Below, piece by piece: positions 1-9,647 of a stretch of 64,000 nt of DNA. The DNA comes from an uncultured Acidobacteriaceae bacterium. GTDB lineage: Bacteria > Acidobacteriota > Terriglobia > Terriglobales > Acidobacteriaceae. A program made the translations under genes and the position numbers. Location: assembly GCA_963799175.1 (NCBI GenBank), contig CAWCWC010000004.1, forward strand, positions 192 to 64,191. Direction: 5' to 3'. The notes below the pieces were generated by a model, which saw only the letters and a program-made list of their open reading frames with translations, ran no database searches and had not been told where the DNA came from. The number at the start of each line of letters is the position of its first letter. Position 1 is the stretch's first letter.

Positions 1-944
1 TCGACTTGGGCCTTCTGTTTGTCCAACTTCAAACCTAGTTGCTTTTCCAGAGCACCCGGCAATGGAGGAAGACCGATCTCGTCCGATGTGTCCGGGTTCT
101 CTGAAAGCTCCCTTTCCGGTCCAAAGTCGAGTACCGCATCGTAGCGTCCTTCGACCCCGGTATGGTCAACTACAGTCAGCGGCATCATCAACGAATCCCC
201 GATCTGCTGCATGGTCACATCCAGCATCTCAAGGCGCCGCTCCCCGATATGGCTCAGTTCGCGATTGAAAACACCACAGCGCGGAGGAACCCCCTTGTAC
301 GGTGGGTATGCGTGTGGATACTTGTTCTCATCCATGAGCGTCGGTGAGAGCATGCACACTGCGCCTTCCGGGTGCGGCTTCAGGCCAAGGCCCGGCTTTA
401 CCAACTCAAGCGCGTACACCTCACCTTCGCGCTTTTCCAGATGCCCGGCGAACTGGAAGCGCTCTTCCAGCATCGAACGCACCATCTGGCGCACATCGGC
501 TCGGGTAGGGTTCCCTTCCGCGCGGGCTTCGACGGCGTAATACTCTTCCTGCGCCCATTTTGGCAGGGCCGATCCCACTTCACGCTTCAGCGGCAAAGCA
601 CGTAGATCGTATGCGAAATCGATCAGCCAGAGGACCGGCACGTTCCAGGAAAACAGGCCTCCCGGTGGCGGCGCCGCGTTACTCTCTGGGTCGAGAAAGT
701 CCGATCCCTTGATCATGAACTTCTGACCATGGCGGATTGAGGCCGCGTCAAATGTCAGCTTTCCTGCGCCGTCTGCCACTGGACTTGCAGGAGCAGATGC
801 CGCTGGTTGGCCACTGTTCCCACTGCCCTCTATTTGCGCACCTGCTGCAAGCGTAGATGCGCTCACGACAATCCACACGAGAGTTGCAGTTTCGAGGAGA
901 AATCCTTTGAATCTTGAATAAAAGATAACCCTCGATAAATTCAT
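1..944 (-). CDS. TIGR03435/DUF3738-family secreted protein, 3' end runs off the window
   Basis: Not in the ORF track because there is no stop in the window. Manual translation from ATG 944 gives a signal-like N-terminus, then KLTFDAASIR...WLIDFAYDL...LPKWAQEEYYAVEARA...QMVRSMLEERF...VYALELVKPG...VVDHTGVEGRYD...ALEKQLGLKL, the typical motif order of this Acidobacteria-expanded family. Confidence 0.85.
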   Translation of the reverse strand, partial: MNLSRVIFYSRFKGFLLETATLVWIVVSASTLAAGAQIEGSGNSGQPAASAPASPVADGAGKLTFDAASIRHGQKFMIKGSDFLDPESNAAPPPGGLFSWNVPVLWLIDFAYDLRALPLKREVGSALPKWAQEEYYAVEARAEGNPTRADVRQMVRSMLEERFQFAGHLEKREGEVYALELVKPGLGLKPHPEGAVCMLSPTLMDENKYPHAYPPYKGVPPRCGVFNRELSHIGERRLEMLDVTMQQIGDSLMMPLTVVDHTGVEGRYDAVLDFGPERELSENPDTSDEIGLPPLPGALEKQLGLKLDKQKAQV

Positions 945-1081
945 AGTGAGGAGTATACTCCGTCACTACCCAAACAGCCTGAAGTCCGCTCTCGCCAGCT
1001 TCAGTCATTCAACTCAAATCGACCCCCTCGGTAATTTCCCCCCGGTTGTCCCTCCGCCGCATTCCGACGACAATGGTCTGC

Positions 1082-2386
1082 ATGAACGTCAACTTCGCCG
1101 AGCGCGCCCACAACCACAACTGGAAGCTCGACCCCATCGTCCGCTCGCTGCTCGACACCGACTTCTACAAGCTCCTCATGCTCCAGTTCATCTGGAAGAA
1201 CTTCCCCGCCGTCCACGTCACCAGCGAGGTCGTCAACCGCACCGCGCGCGTGCGCCTCGCCGAAGAGGTCGACGCGCCCATGCTCATCGCGCAGATGGAC
1301 CACCTCCGCGGCCTGCGCTTCCGCAAGTCCGAGCTGATCTGGCTTGCCGGCAACACCTTCTACGGCACCCGCCACATCTTCGAGCCCGCCTTCCTCGCCT
1401 GGCTCGAGACCGACTTCCGCCTCTCCGACTACACCGTCGCCGAGCAGGACGGCCAGCTCATCCTCCGCTTCTCCGGCCTCTGGACCGAGGTCACCATGTG
1501 GGAGGTCTACGCCCTCGCCCTGGTCAGCGAGATGCGCACCCGCGCCGCACTCGCCCGCCTCAACGAGATGGAACTCGACGTCCTCTACGCCCGCGCCAAA
1601 ACCCGCCTCTGGGAAAAGATCGAGCGCCTCCGCGCCGTGCCCGAGGTCAGCATCTCCGAGTTCGGCACCCGCCGCCGCCACAGCTTCCTCTGGCAGGAGT
1701 ACGTCATCGAGTCCATGCGCGCCACCCTCGGCCCCAGCCTCGCCGGCTCCTCCAACACCTTCCTCGCCTACAAGCACGATCTCGAAGCCATGGGCACCAA
1801 CGCCCACGAGCTCCCCATGGCCATGGCCGCGCTCGCCAACGACGACGCCGCGCTCCACTCCGCGCAGTACCGCGTGCTGGAGCTATGGCAGCAGAGCTAT
1901 GGCGGCGAGCTGCTCATCCTTCTGCCCGACACCTTCGGCACCACCCAGTTCCTCGAAGGCGCGCCCGACTGGGTCGCCGACTGGACCGGCCAGCGCGTCG
2001 ACTCCAAGGACCCCTTCGTCGCCGGCGACGAGTACATCCGCTGGCTCCAGGCCCGTGGCCGCGACCCGCGCCGCAAACGCCTCATCGCCTCCGACGGCCT
2101 CGATGTGGAGGAGATTCTCAAGCTGCACAAGTACTTCCACGGCCGCATCCGCTTCTCCGCCGGATGGGGCACCCTGCTCACCAACGACTTCCGCGGCTGC
2201 CATCCGCGCGGCGAGCGCGACTTCGAACCCATCAGCCTCGTCTGCAAGCTCATGACCGTCGAAGGCCGCCCCGCCGTCAAGCTCAGCGACAACCCCCGCA
2301 AGTCCACTGGCCCCGACTCCGAGATCGCCCGCTACCGCCGCGTCTTCAACTCCCCCACTACTGACGAGATCGATGTACTCGTCTAG
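1082..2386 (+). CDS. pncB: nicotinate phosphoribosyltransferase
   Basis: SLLDTDFYKLLM, EFGTRRR, GTNAHE, LPDTFGT, RVDS, SDGLD and VKLSDNP motifs. Start set at ATG 1082 (the track ORF begins at 1046). Confidence 0.95.
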   Translation: MNVNFAERAHNHNWKLDPIVRSLLDTDFYKLLMLQFIWKNFPAVHVTSEVVNRTARVRLAEEVDAPMLIAQMDHLRGLRFRKSELIWLAGNTFYGTRHIFEPAFLAWLETDFRLSDYTVAEQDGQLILRFSGLWTEVTMWEVYALALVSEMRTRAALARLNEMELDVLYARAKTRLWEKIERLRAVPEVSISEFGTRRRHSFLWQEYVIESMRATLGPSLAGSSNTFLAYKHDLEAMGTNAHELPMAMAALANDDAALHSAQYRVLELWQQSYGGELLILLPDTFGTTQFLEGAPDWVADWTGQRVDSKDPFVAGDEYIRWLQARGRDPRRKRLIASDGLDVEEILKLHKYFHGRIRFSAGWGTLLTNDFRGCHPRGERDFEPISLVCKLMTVEGRPAVKLSDNPRKSTGPDSEIARYRRVFNSPTTDEIDVLV

Positions 2387-2549
2387 CTGATAGTTGTTAT
2401 AGCAATTGACTTTTTTATAGAGTCTCATTGGACACGCCTTCATTCTGGCGAAGCCAGAATCTCCGTCGTTGCTCTTCACCCTCGCATAACTCCTTTGGGG
2501 AACGGCTCTCATGTACTTCACTGTCACCGTCAATCGCTATACTTACCCT

Positions 2550-3485
2550 ATGTACTCCCTCACCCACGCCGCCCGCCTTGCAGCCGTTCTCCTTCTGCTT
2601 CCACTGCTCACCGTTCAGCCCGCATTCGGCTGGGGCAGCGATGGCCACATGCTCATCAACCGCCTCGCCGGAGCCGCTCTTCCCGCCGATGTTCCAGCCT
2701 TCCTTCGCACTCCCGCCGCCCTCGACGCGTTGGAGTACTACGGCCCCGAGCCGGACCGCTGGCGATCGCCCGCCGAGCCGGAACTGAACGCCGCGCAGGC
2801 GCCCGAGCACTTCATCGACCTCGAATACGCCGACCTAGTCGGCCCGCTGCCTCGCCGCCGCTACGACTTCGTCCGCGCCCTCGCTGCCGCGCAGCCCGCG
2901 CATCCCGACATCCAACTCACTCCGGAGAAAGTTGGCCTGCAACCCTACGTCACCTCCGAAGTCTACGAGCGTCTGCAGAGTGCCTTCCGCGACTATCGCG
3001 CCCTCGTCGCCGCCAAGCAGGACAGCAAGCCCTCCGAGGCGGAGATTATTTTCCTCGCTGGTTGGCTCGGCCACTACGTCGGCGACGGTTCGCAGCCGCT
3101 GCACACCACCATCCAGTACAACGGCTGGACCGGCCCCAACCCGCACGGCTACACCACCGAGCACCGCATCCATACCCAGTTCGAGACCACCTTCGTCCAC
3201 GCCAACGTGAAGTCCGCGGACGTAGCTCCGCTGGTCGCAGCTGCCAAGCCCGCCGTCCTCAAGGACGTCTTCGCCGACTATCTCGCCTATCTGCGTCACT
3301 CCAACACGCTGGTGGAGCAGACCTATCAACTGGAGAAGCAGGGCGCATTCGCCGGCACGGGAACTCCGCAGGGCAAGGCCTTCGTCGATCGGCAGCTCGC
3401 CGCCGGCGCCATCGAACTGCGCGACATGATCTACACCGCGTGGATCAAATCCGCCGATCCCGTCCCCGCCTATACGGGAAATTAA
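2550..3485 (+). CDS. S1/P1 nuclease family protein, secreted
   Basis: Signal peptide followed by WGSDGH, HFID, LGHYVGDGSQPLH and IHTQFE zinc-ligand motifs. Confidence 0.85.
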   Translation: MYSLTHAARLAAVLLLLPLLTVQPAFGWGSDGHMLINRLAGAALPADVPAFLRTPAALDALEYYGPEPDRWRSPAEPELNAAQAPEHFIDLEYADLVGPLPRRRYDFVRALAAAQPAHPDIQLTPEKVGLQPYVTSEVYERLQSAFRDYRALVAAKQDSKPSEAEIIFLAGWLGHYVGDGSQPLHTTIQYNGWTGPNPHGYTTEHRIHTQFETTFVHANVKSADVAPLVAAAKPAVLKDVFADYLAYLRHSNTLVEQTYQLEKQGAFAGTGTPQGKAFVDRQLAAGAIELRDMIYTAWIKSADPVPAYTGN

Positions 3486-3916
3486 CCATCGCGAAGGACC
3501 CGTTCGCGATACGCCTCCGGACCCTCAATCGCAAAGCGCGTCTTGCCCGCCAGCGCCAGCAGGTCGCGGCCCCCGCTGATCAACAGCTCGGCCTTGCCGC
3601 ACTGCGCTATATCGAGAAATGGCTGGTCCTTTGCATCCCGGCATACCACCGAGCAGCGTCGCGTCACTGCAACCACCTCGCAGTACGGCACAACATCAGC
3701 CAGCAACTCGTTCCTGTCCGCCGGCGAGAGTTGAAACTTTGTATACGCAAGCACGCGCATCAGTTCCGCGGCAGTCTCGCGAGACAGCAGAGGAACGCAG
3801 CCTCCTCTCCGCCAGTGCTCTCGCAGCCAACTCAGTCTTCCGTTGGCAAATAGCAGCGCCGAAAGCACCGTGTTCGTGTCAAAGACAACTCGCCGCTTCA
3901 TGGCCTTCAAACTCAT
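3482..3916 (-). CDS. PIN-domain putative toxin (TIGR00305-like)
   Basis: VVFDTNTVLSAL...CRDAKDQPFLDIA...LISGGRDLLAL. It overlaps the upstream antitoxin gene by 4 nt. Confidence 0.85.
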   Translation of the reverse strand: MSLKAMKRRVVFDTNTVLSALLFANGRLSWLREHWRRGGCVPLLSRETAAELMRVLAYTKFQLSPADRNELLADVVPYCEVVAVTRRCSVVCRDAKDQPFLDIAQCGKAELLISGGRDLLALAGKTRFAIEGPEAYRERVLRDG

Positions 3917-4137
3917 GCCTTGCGCCGTGCCCAGCAGACGGCAGCCCTGGCGTCTCCTTCGTCGATCCCAAGCTGGGCCAGCCGCGCGCGCACCTCATCG
4001 GCGCGGCTCTCCCGCAGCGGACGCAGAACGATGCACTCTTCGTCCGTCGTCACGTCGAAGTAGTCCACTCCGCTAAACCTCGCGACCACAGCCTTGGGAA
4101 GCGTGATCTGGTTCTTGATGGTCTTCTTTGCCAGCAC
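3913..4137 (-). CDS. AbrB/MazE/SpoVT-type antitoxin
   Basis: GTG start after a GAAGGAG RBS. LAKKTIKNQITLPK...YFDV...IVLRP is the swapped-hairpin pattern, and the gene lies directly upstream of the PIN gene. Confidence 0.8.
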   Translation of the reverse strand: MLAKKTIKNQITLPKAVVARFSGVDYFDVTTDEECIVLRPLRESRADEVRARLAQLGIDEGDARAAVCWARRKA

Positions 4138-4240
4138 GGCGCCCTCCTTCAAGTTGACAAGGAAACAAGCGAACAAGGAAATACTACATCATTCTTTTCT
4201 TGCTTAGCCAGTCCAGTTTTCCAATCGTGCCTATCGAAAC

Positions 4241-4786
4241 CTACACACGCGTGGGTACGATGGGGTACTGATGCCGCCTTATGCGCGCTTGTATCCGTTC
4301 CAGCAGCGCAGTCAGCGCCAGCGCCAGCAGCGGTGCGGCAACCGCCGCCAGGGCCCCCCACAGCACAAAGGCGTGCCACACCCACATCCAAAGGTTGTAG
4401 GTCAGCGCCAGCGGTGCGCTGCGTGCCTCCTGCACAAACAGTCGCGGAGCCAACGGCATTGCCGCCGTGTGAAAGACGCGCGAGCCGAGTCGGATGAACG
4501 GAACGATCAGCGCCAGTTCCAGCGGGAACATGGCGTGGTTCGCGATCTGCGTTGCCACCACATTCAGCCGAAAGCGAAACGTCACCGCCAGGCACAGCAG
4601 CGTCGTGCTGCCCACCACCGGGTTGATTCCGATCAGCATTCCCGCGGCAATGCTCCAGGCCAGGCTGCGCGGTGTCGCCCCCATGCGCAACAACGCCAGG
4701 ATTGGCAGTACGCCGTGGCGATAGAACCAGTTGTGATGCGCGGGTGCAACGGAGTGAGGCACACAGACAGGATAAACTGGTTCCAT
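4241..4786 (-). CDS. DUF2062-family membrane protein
   Basis: GATPRSLAWSIAAGMLIGINPVVG...RLNVVATQIAN with hydrophobic helices. Confidence 0.75.
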   Translation of the reverse strand: MEPVYPVCVPHSVAPAHHNWFYRHGVLPILALLRMGATPRSLAWSIAAGMLIGINPVVGSTTLLCLAVTFRFRLNVVATQIANHAMFPLELALIVPFIRLGSRVFHTAAMPLAPRLFVQEARSAPLALTYNLWMWVWHAFVLWGALAAVAAPLLALALTALLERIQARIRRHQYPIVPTRV

Positions 4787-4825
4787 GAACTTCGCGGGAT
4801 GGGCTGCTTCTGAAAGGCGGCCCCG

Positions 4826-5596
4826 GTGCATTTAGTACGCTCTGTGGGAAGAAGCCTGATGCTGGCCGCGGTCTTCGCCTACGCCACACTGCAACTGATC
4901 GTGAAGCGCCCGGCAACGCGCCAGCAGAAGGCCGAATGGTTGCACCAGTTCTGCCTGCGGGCCGTGCGCCGCATGGGCCTCGCCGTGCGACAGGTTGGGA
5001 CCTTCCCAGAGCGCGGCGTCGTCATCTCCAACCACCTCGGCTATCTCGACGTCGTCGCCTTCGCTGCATTGCATAAGTGCGCCTTCGTCGGCAAATCCGA
5101 GATCCGCAAATGGCCCTTTCTTGGCTGGATAACCGCCATGGGAGGCACCGTCTACGTGCAGCGCGGACGAGGCGGCTCTGCCGGACGAGCCAAGTCGGGA
5201 ATGCAGGAGGCCTCGGACGCAGGCATCCCCATGGTCTTCTTTCCCGAAGGTACCTGTAGTCTCGGAGGCACAGTCCTGCCCTTCCGCAGCGGTCTGCTGG
5301 GCGAGGCAATCGCGGCTGGGCAACCCATCACGGCCGCCTGCCTTCGCTATCGTCTCACCCAGGACAACGGCCCCAACCGGTCCCTGGCCGATGTATGCTT
5401 CTGGGACGACACACTGCTCGTCAAGCATATCTTCCGCATGCTCTCCATGCGCGGAATCGAAGTGGAGTTGCGCTTCGCCCAGTCCCCCATCGCGTTTTCT
5501 GTCGGTGCCGATCAACGTAAGCTGGCCGCGCAACAGGCCCACGCCGCAGTGATGGAACTTCGCGACGCCACCATGGCCGAGCCGGTCGCCCCTTAG
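4826..5596 (+). CDS. lysophospholipid (1-acyl-G3P-type) acyltransferase
   Basis: NHLGYLD (HX4D) and FFPEGT acyltransferase motifs. Confidence 0.9.
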   Translation: MHLVRSVGRSLMLAAVFAYATLQLIVKRPATRQQKAEWLHQFCLRAVRRMGLAVRQVGTFPERGVVISNHLGYLDVVAFAALHKCAFVGKSEIRKWPFLGWITAMGGTVYVQRGRGGSAGRAKSGMQEASDAGIPMVFFPEGTCSLGGTVLPFRSGLLGEAIAAGQPITAACLRYRLTQDNGPNRSLADVCFWDDTLLVKHIFRMLSMRGIEVELRFAQSPIAFSVGADQRKLAAQQAHAAVMELRDATMAEPVAP

Positions 5597-5617
5597 TGAA
5601 TCTAGGAATACATCACT

Positions 5618-5693
5618 GTTTTGAAAGAGCGGGACTTTAGTCCCGCTGTAGGGGGCCTGTTTCCAATGCGGCTTTAGCCGCCGAGGGAATCTC
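5618..5693 (+). repeat. REP-like double-hairpin element, family A
   Basis: GTTTTGAAAG-AGCGGGACTTTAGTCCCGCT ... GCGGCTTTAGCCGC-CGAGGGAATCTC. The same architecture recurs at about 11983, 30711, 30951, 34294, 41604, 45565 and 46776. Confidence 0.85.
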
Positions 5694-5738
5694 TAACACA
5701 TGCACGGACCTTATCTAATCGACTCGCTTGCATCGCTC

Positions 5739-6368
5739 TCAAACCCCAATCAGCCCATCCTGCTTCAGCCGCTTCAGTACCTGCTCCACCGACCAGTCCA
5801 GCGCATCCGTTCCCTCCACCGTGACCGACGCGCGCGCCGCCGACGGCACCACGTACAGCTCCGCCATGGGCCGCGCGGTCGCTGCAAACTGCGCGCGCAC
5901 CGACTCCTCCGTGCGTCCTCGCTCGCTCATGTCGCGATGAATGCGGCGCACCAGGCACACCTCGTGCGGCGCGTTTACATAGATGGAAAAGCCGTAGCAC
6001 GGCAGTAACTCCGCGTAGTGCAGCGCCAGAATCCCTTCCACAAGCACCACGCCCGTTGGCGTGATCGTCTCAAAAACGCCCGCAACCCGCGAGTGCGTCT
6101 TGAAGTCGTACACCGGCCGCTGGATCGCCTCGCCCCGCGCCAGCGCGCGCACATGCTCCACAATCAGTTCGCTCTCCAACGAGTCGGGATGGTCGAAGTT
6201 GAGCTTGCTCCGCGCGTCCAGCGGAAATTGCGACAGATCGCGATAGTACAGGTCCAGCGGAAACAGCGTCGCGTCCAACTGCGTCGCCAGTTCGCGCGCC
6301 AGCGTCGTCTTGCCCGAGCCGGAGCAGCCCGCAATCCCAATCACTAGAGGGCACGCGAGGGCAGTCAT
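5739..6368 (-). CDS. udk: uridine kinase
   Basis: GIAGCSGSGKTT, LDLYYRD, NFDHPDS, PVYDFKTHSR, VEGIL and RRIHRDMSERG. Confidence 0.93.
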   Translation of the reverse strand: MTALACPLVIGIAGCSGSGKTTLARELATQLDATLFPLDLYYRDLSQFPLDARSKLNFDHPDSLESELIVEHVRALARGEAIQRPVYDFKTHSRVAGVFETITPTGVVLVEGILALHYAELLPCYGFSIYVNAPHEVCLVRRIHRDMSERGRTEESVRAQFAATARPMAELYVVPSAARASVTVEGTDALDWSVEQVLKRLKQDGLIGV

Positions 6369-6370
6369 GG

Positions 6371-7223
6371 TTAACTCGCAGCCACCATCTGAGGCACCAG
6401 CGCCGTCAGCAACCCCGTAAACTGCCGTTCCACGCGCCGTCCAATCTCCATCACCTCTGCGTGGTGGATCGGCTCATCCAGCACTCCCGCCGCTGCGTTC
6501 GTCACCAGCGAGATCCCCAGCACCTCGATCCCCATGTGCCGCGCCACGATCACCTCATGCACCGTGGACATCCCCACCAGTGTCCGCGCCCAGCGTGCGG
6601 AACGCGCGAATCTCCGCCGGCGTCTCGTAGCTCGGCCCCAGCACGGCGATGTACACGCCCTCGCTCAGCGCAATTCCCTGCCGTTCCGCCTCGGCATGCG
6701 CCATCTTGCGCAGCCTGGGCGAGTAGGCCGCCGTCATGTCGAAGAACCGCTCTCCCGCGCCCGGTACGCATGCAAATCTCGGCTCGTTCGGCCCCAACGC
6801 AGCGTTCCTCCCCGTCAGGTTGATGTGGTCGCTGATCGCCACCAGCGATCCCTGCGCAATGTCTGCGCGAATCCCTCCCGCCGCATTGGTGACAATCAGC
6901 GCGCGCACCCCCAGCAGCCCCAGCACGCGCATGGGAAACGTCACCTGCTCCATCGCGTAGCCTTCGTAGGCATGCACGCGACCCTGCATCACAGCCACCG
7001 GAACTCCGCCAATCGTCCCCAGCACCAGCTTGCCACTGTGCCCCGCCACGGTGGACTGCGGGAAGTGCGGAATCTCCGCGTACGCAATCGCGACCGCGCC
7101 CTCCACCTGCGATGCAAACCCGCCCAACCCCGAGCCGAGAATGATCCCCACTCGCGGCGCAATCTGCGTTCGCTCGTGAATCGCCCCCACGCCCGCCTGC
7201 GCCTTGCTGAAGAGATCGGTCAT
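6371..7223 (-). CDS. punA: purine-nucleoside phosphorylase (one frameshift near 6578)
   Basis: IILGSGLG, GRVHAYEG, VTNAAGG and GPSYETPAEI in ORF 6555..7223. The protein continues as VGMSTVHE...SLVTNAAAG in ORF 6371..6577. Confidence 0.9.
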
Positions 7224-7235
7224 CGTACCCGAATG

Positions 7236-9395
7236 TTACTCCTCCTCCTCATCCTGCACCGGCTGCTTGGCTGCGGCCAGTATCTTCTCCGCGATCGCCT
7301 GCGGCACCAGGTCGTAGTGGTCCATCTCGATGCGGAAGCTGCCCCGTCCCTGTGTGATCGCAGTCAGTGTCGTGCCGTAGGTCAGGATCTCCGACATCGG
7401 GACCTCGGCGCGAATAATTGTCCCCGCGCCTCCGCTTTCCATCCCCTGCACCCGTCCTCGCCGGCTGGTCAGGTCGCCCATCAGCGCTCCGGCAAAGTCG
7501 TCCGGCGCCTCGATCTCGATCTTCATGATCGGTTCCAGTAGCGACGGCTTGGCCAGCTCCATGCACTTGCGGAAGCCGGTGCGCGCGGCGATCTTGAACG
7601 CCATCTCGCTCGAATCCACATCGTGGTAGCTGCCGTCGAACACCGTCACCTTGATGTCCACCACCGGGTAGCCCGCAAGGTACCCGCGCGCCGCCGACTC
7701 GCGCACGCCCTTCTCCACCGCAGGAACGTACTGCCGAGGAATCGATCCACCGAAAATCTCGTTGCCAAAAACCACGCCCGTGCCGCGCGGTTGCGGCTCG
7801 ATCCGCAGCTTGCAGTCGCCAAACTGCCCGTGGCCTCCGGACTGCTTCTTATGTCGCCCCTGCGCCTCGGCCTTGGCGCGCACCGTCTCGCGGTAGGGCA
7901 CCTTCGGCTCGTGCAATATCACGTTGGTGTGGTAGCGCCGCTTCAGCTTGGAAACCAGCGTCTCGATGTGGGGCTGTCCCGCCCCCGCTACCAGGAACTC
8001 GTTGGTCTGTAGATCGCGGTAGAACCGCAGCATCGGGTCTTCTTCCATCAGCTTGTGCAGCGCCGGTGCCAGCTTGTCTTCGTCGGCGCGCGTCTTCGGC
8101 TCGATGGCATACGTCATTGCTGGCTCCGGCATCGACACCGGCTCGATAAACATCTCATGCGCCTTGTCGCCCAGCGTGTCTCCGGTCAGCGTCACGCGCA
8201 GCTTCACCGCCGCGCCCAGATCGCCCGCGTGCAACTCCTGCACCTCTACCGGCTTTCTCCCCTGCATGATGTACAGATGGGTCAGGCTCTCCGTCTCCTG
8301 CCGCGTGTAATTCATCACCGTGGTGTCGGTCTTCATCTTGCCGCTGATCACCTTGAAGAAGTTGACCCTCCCGGTGAACGGGTCGGTCATCGTCTTGTAA
8401 ACGTAGATGGCAAGCGGCTCTTTATCGTCCACCGCGCGCATCACAATCTCGTCCTGTCCCTCCGCGGCAACGCCGCTTACGCCGCTTCCATTGCCCGCCG
8501 TCACCTGGATCTTGCCTCTGGCCGCCACCGGCTCGCGCTCGGTCGAGGCCGGCGCATACGCCTTCAAGAACTCCAGCAGATGATCGGTGCCCACGTTCCG
8601 CAGCCCGCTGACGTACAGCACCGGGAACAGATTGTCCTCCCGGATCGCCTCATGCAGCGCGGCGATCAGGTGGTCCTCCTGTAACGATCCCGTGTTGAAG
8701 AACTCCTCCATCAGCTCGTCCTTGCCCTCGGCCACCAGCTCCACCAACGCCTCGTGAGCAGTCTTCGCGTCGGCCTGCGCCGCCTCCGGAATCTTGACCT
8801 CTTCCCCGCGCCCGTTGCCGTCCTGCTCATACACAAACGCCTTCATCGTCACCAGGTCCACTACCCCGTGAAATCCCTGCTCATCCACAATCGGCAACTG
8901 CACCGGGACCACCTGGCGTCCCCACCGCTCCCGCATCTGCTCGATCATGTGTTGCCGTCCCAGCCGGCTGTCCGCCTTGGGATGGTCCAACTGGTTCACC
9001 ACCAGCACCCGCGGAAGGTTCACCTCGGTGGCAAACTTCCATACCCGGTCGGTCACCGCCTCGGCGCCCATCTGCGCATTCACCACCACCAGCGCCGCTT
9101 CCACCGGCAGCATCGCGGCCCGCGTCTCGTGCAGAAACATGTGAAAGCCCGGAGTGTCCAGCAGGTTGATCTTCACCCCGCTCCACTCCACGTAAGCGGC
9201 CGCATTGGCCATCGTCGTTCGCCGCGACACCTCTTCCTCGTCGTACGCCGTCACCGCCGTACCGTCTTCCACTTGTCCCTGCGTGGTGGTCATCTTCGCC
9301 GCTTGCAGCAGGGCCGCAATCAAGGTTGTCTTGCCGCTGTGCGCATGACCAACCACCGCAACGTTCCGGACGTCCCGCCCGAGATAGTTCTTCAT
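7236..9395 (-). CDS. elongation factor G paralog (EF-G2-like)
   Basis: Full EF-G domain order with HKKQSGGHGQFG and GSYHDVDSSEMAF. The G motifs are divergent (GHAHSGKTT, RRTTM in place of RGITI, NQLD), and the gene is not in an rpsL/rpsG/tuf context. Confidence 0.9.
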   Translation of the reverse strand: MKNYLGRDVRNVAVVGHAHSGKTTLIAALLQAAKMTTTQGQVEDGTAVTAYDEEEVSRRTTMANAAAYVEWSGVKINLLDTPGFHMFLHETRAAMLPVEAALVVVNAQMGAEAVTDRVWKFATEVNLPRVLVVNQLDHPKADSRLGRQHMIEQMRERWGRQVVPVQLPIVDEQGFHGVVDLVTMKAFVYEQDGNGRGEEVKIPEAAQADAKTAHEALVELVAEGKDELMEEFFNTGSLQEDHLIAALHEAIREDNLFPVLYVSGLRNVGTDHLLEFLKAYAPASTEREPVAARGKIQVTAGNGSGVSGVAAEGQDEIVMRAVDDKEPLAIYVYKTMTDPFTGRVNFFKVISGKMKTDTTVMNYTRQETESLTHLYIMQGRKPVEVQELHAGDLGAAVKLRVTLTGDTLGDKAHEMFIEPVSMPEPAMTYAIEPKTRADEDKLAPALHKLMEEDPMLRFYRDLQTNEFLVAGAGQPHIETLVSKLKRRYHTNVILHEPKVPYRETVRAKAEAQGRHKKQSGGHGQFGDCKLRIEPQPRGTGVVFGNEIFGGSIPRQYVPAVEKGVRESAARGYLAGYPVVDIKVTVFDGSYHDVDSSEMAFKIAARTGFRKCMELAKPSLLEPIMKIEIEAPDDFAGALMGDLTSRRGRVQGMESGGAGTIIRAEVPMSEILTYGTTLTAITQGRGSFRIEMDHYDLVPQAIAEKILAAAKQPVQDEEEE

Positions 9396-9647
9396 TCCCT
9401 GCCCTCTTTCCTATCTGACCTGGATTCATTCTTGCGTGTTGCTAAAACTGTCCTGCGAGTTCGCAACGCGCAACCACCCACACGCTGCGGAAGGGGCATC
9501 CTATCACAAATACATCAGGCCTTTCCCCGTGCCCGCCCCAACGCAATCAAGCCGCCCCCAAAGGGACGGCTTGTCTGTATTGTTGCCTATAGTGTCGGAT
9601 ACCTGATTCCGGCCCGCTTGTACTTCTTCCGAAGAGATTGCCGGAGG

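Noticed and set aside
946-2364. Long alternative-frame and antisense ORFs (e.g. 946..2364, 9729..11234, 22689..24395, 32385..34148, 39174..40847)
   Set aside because: They are shadow ORFs of GC-rich genes and overlap well-supported CDSs without recognisable motifs.
6555-6600. Programmed frameshifting or true pseudogenes (punA, plsX, lptB, rpoN, metG)
   Set aside because: Too many unrelated, often essential genes are affected and no consistent slippery motif is present. Sequencing error is more parsimonious.
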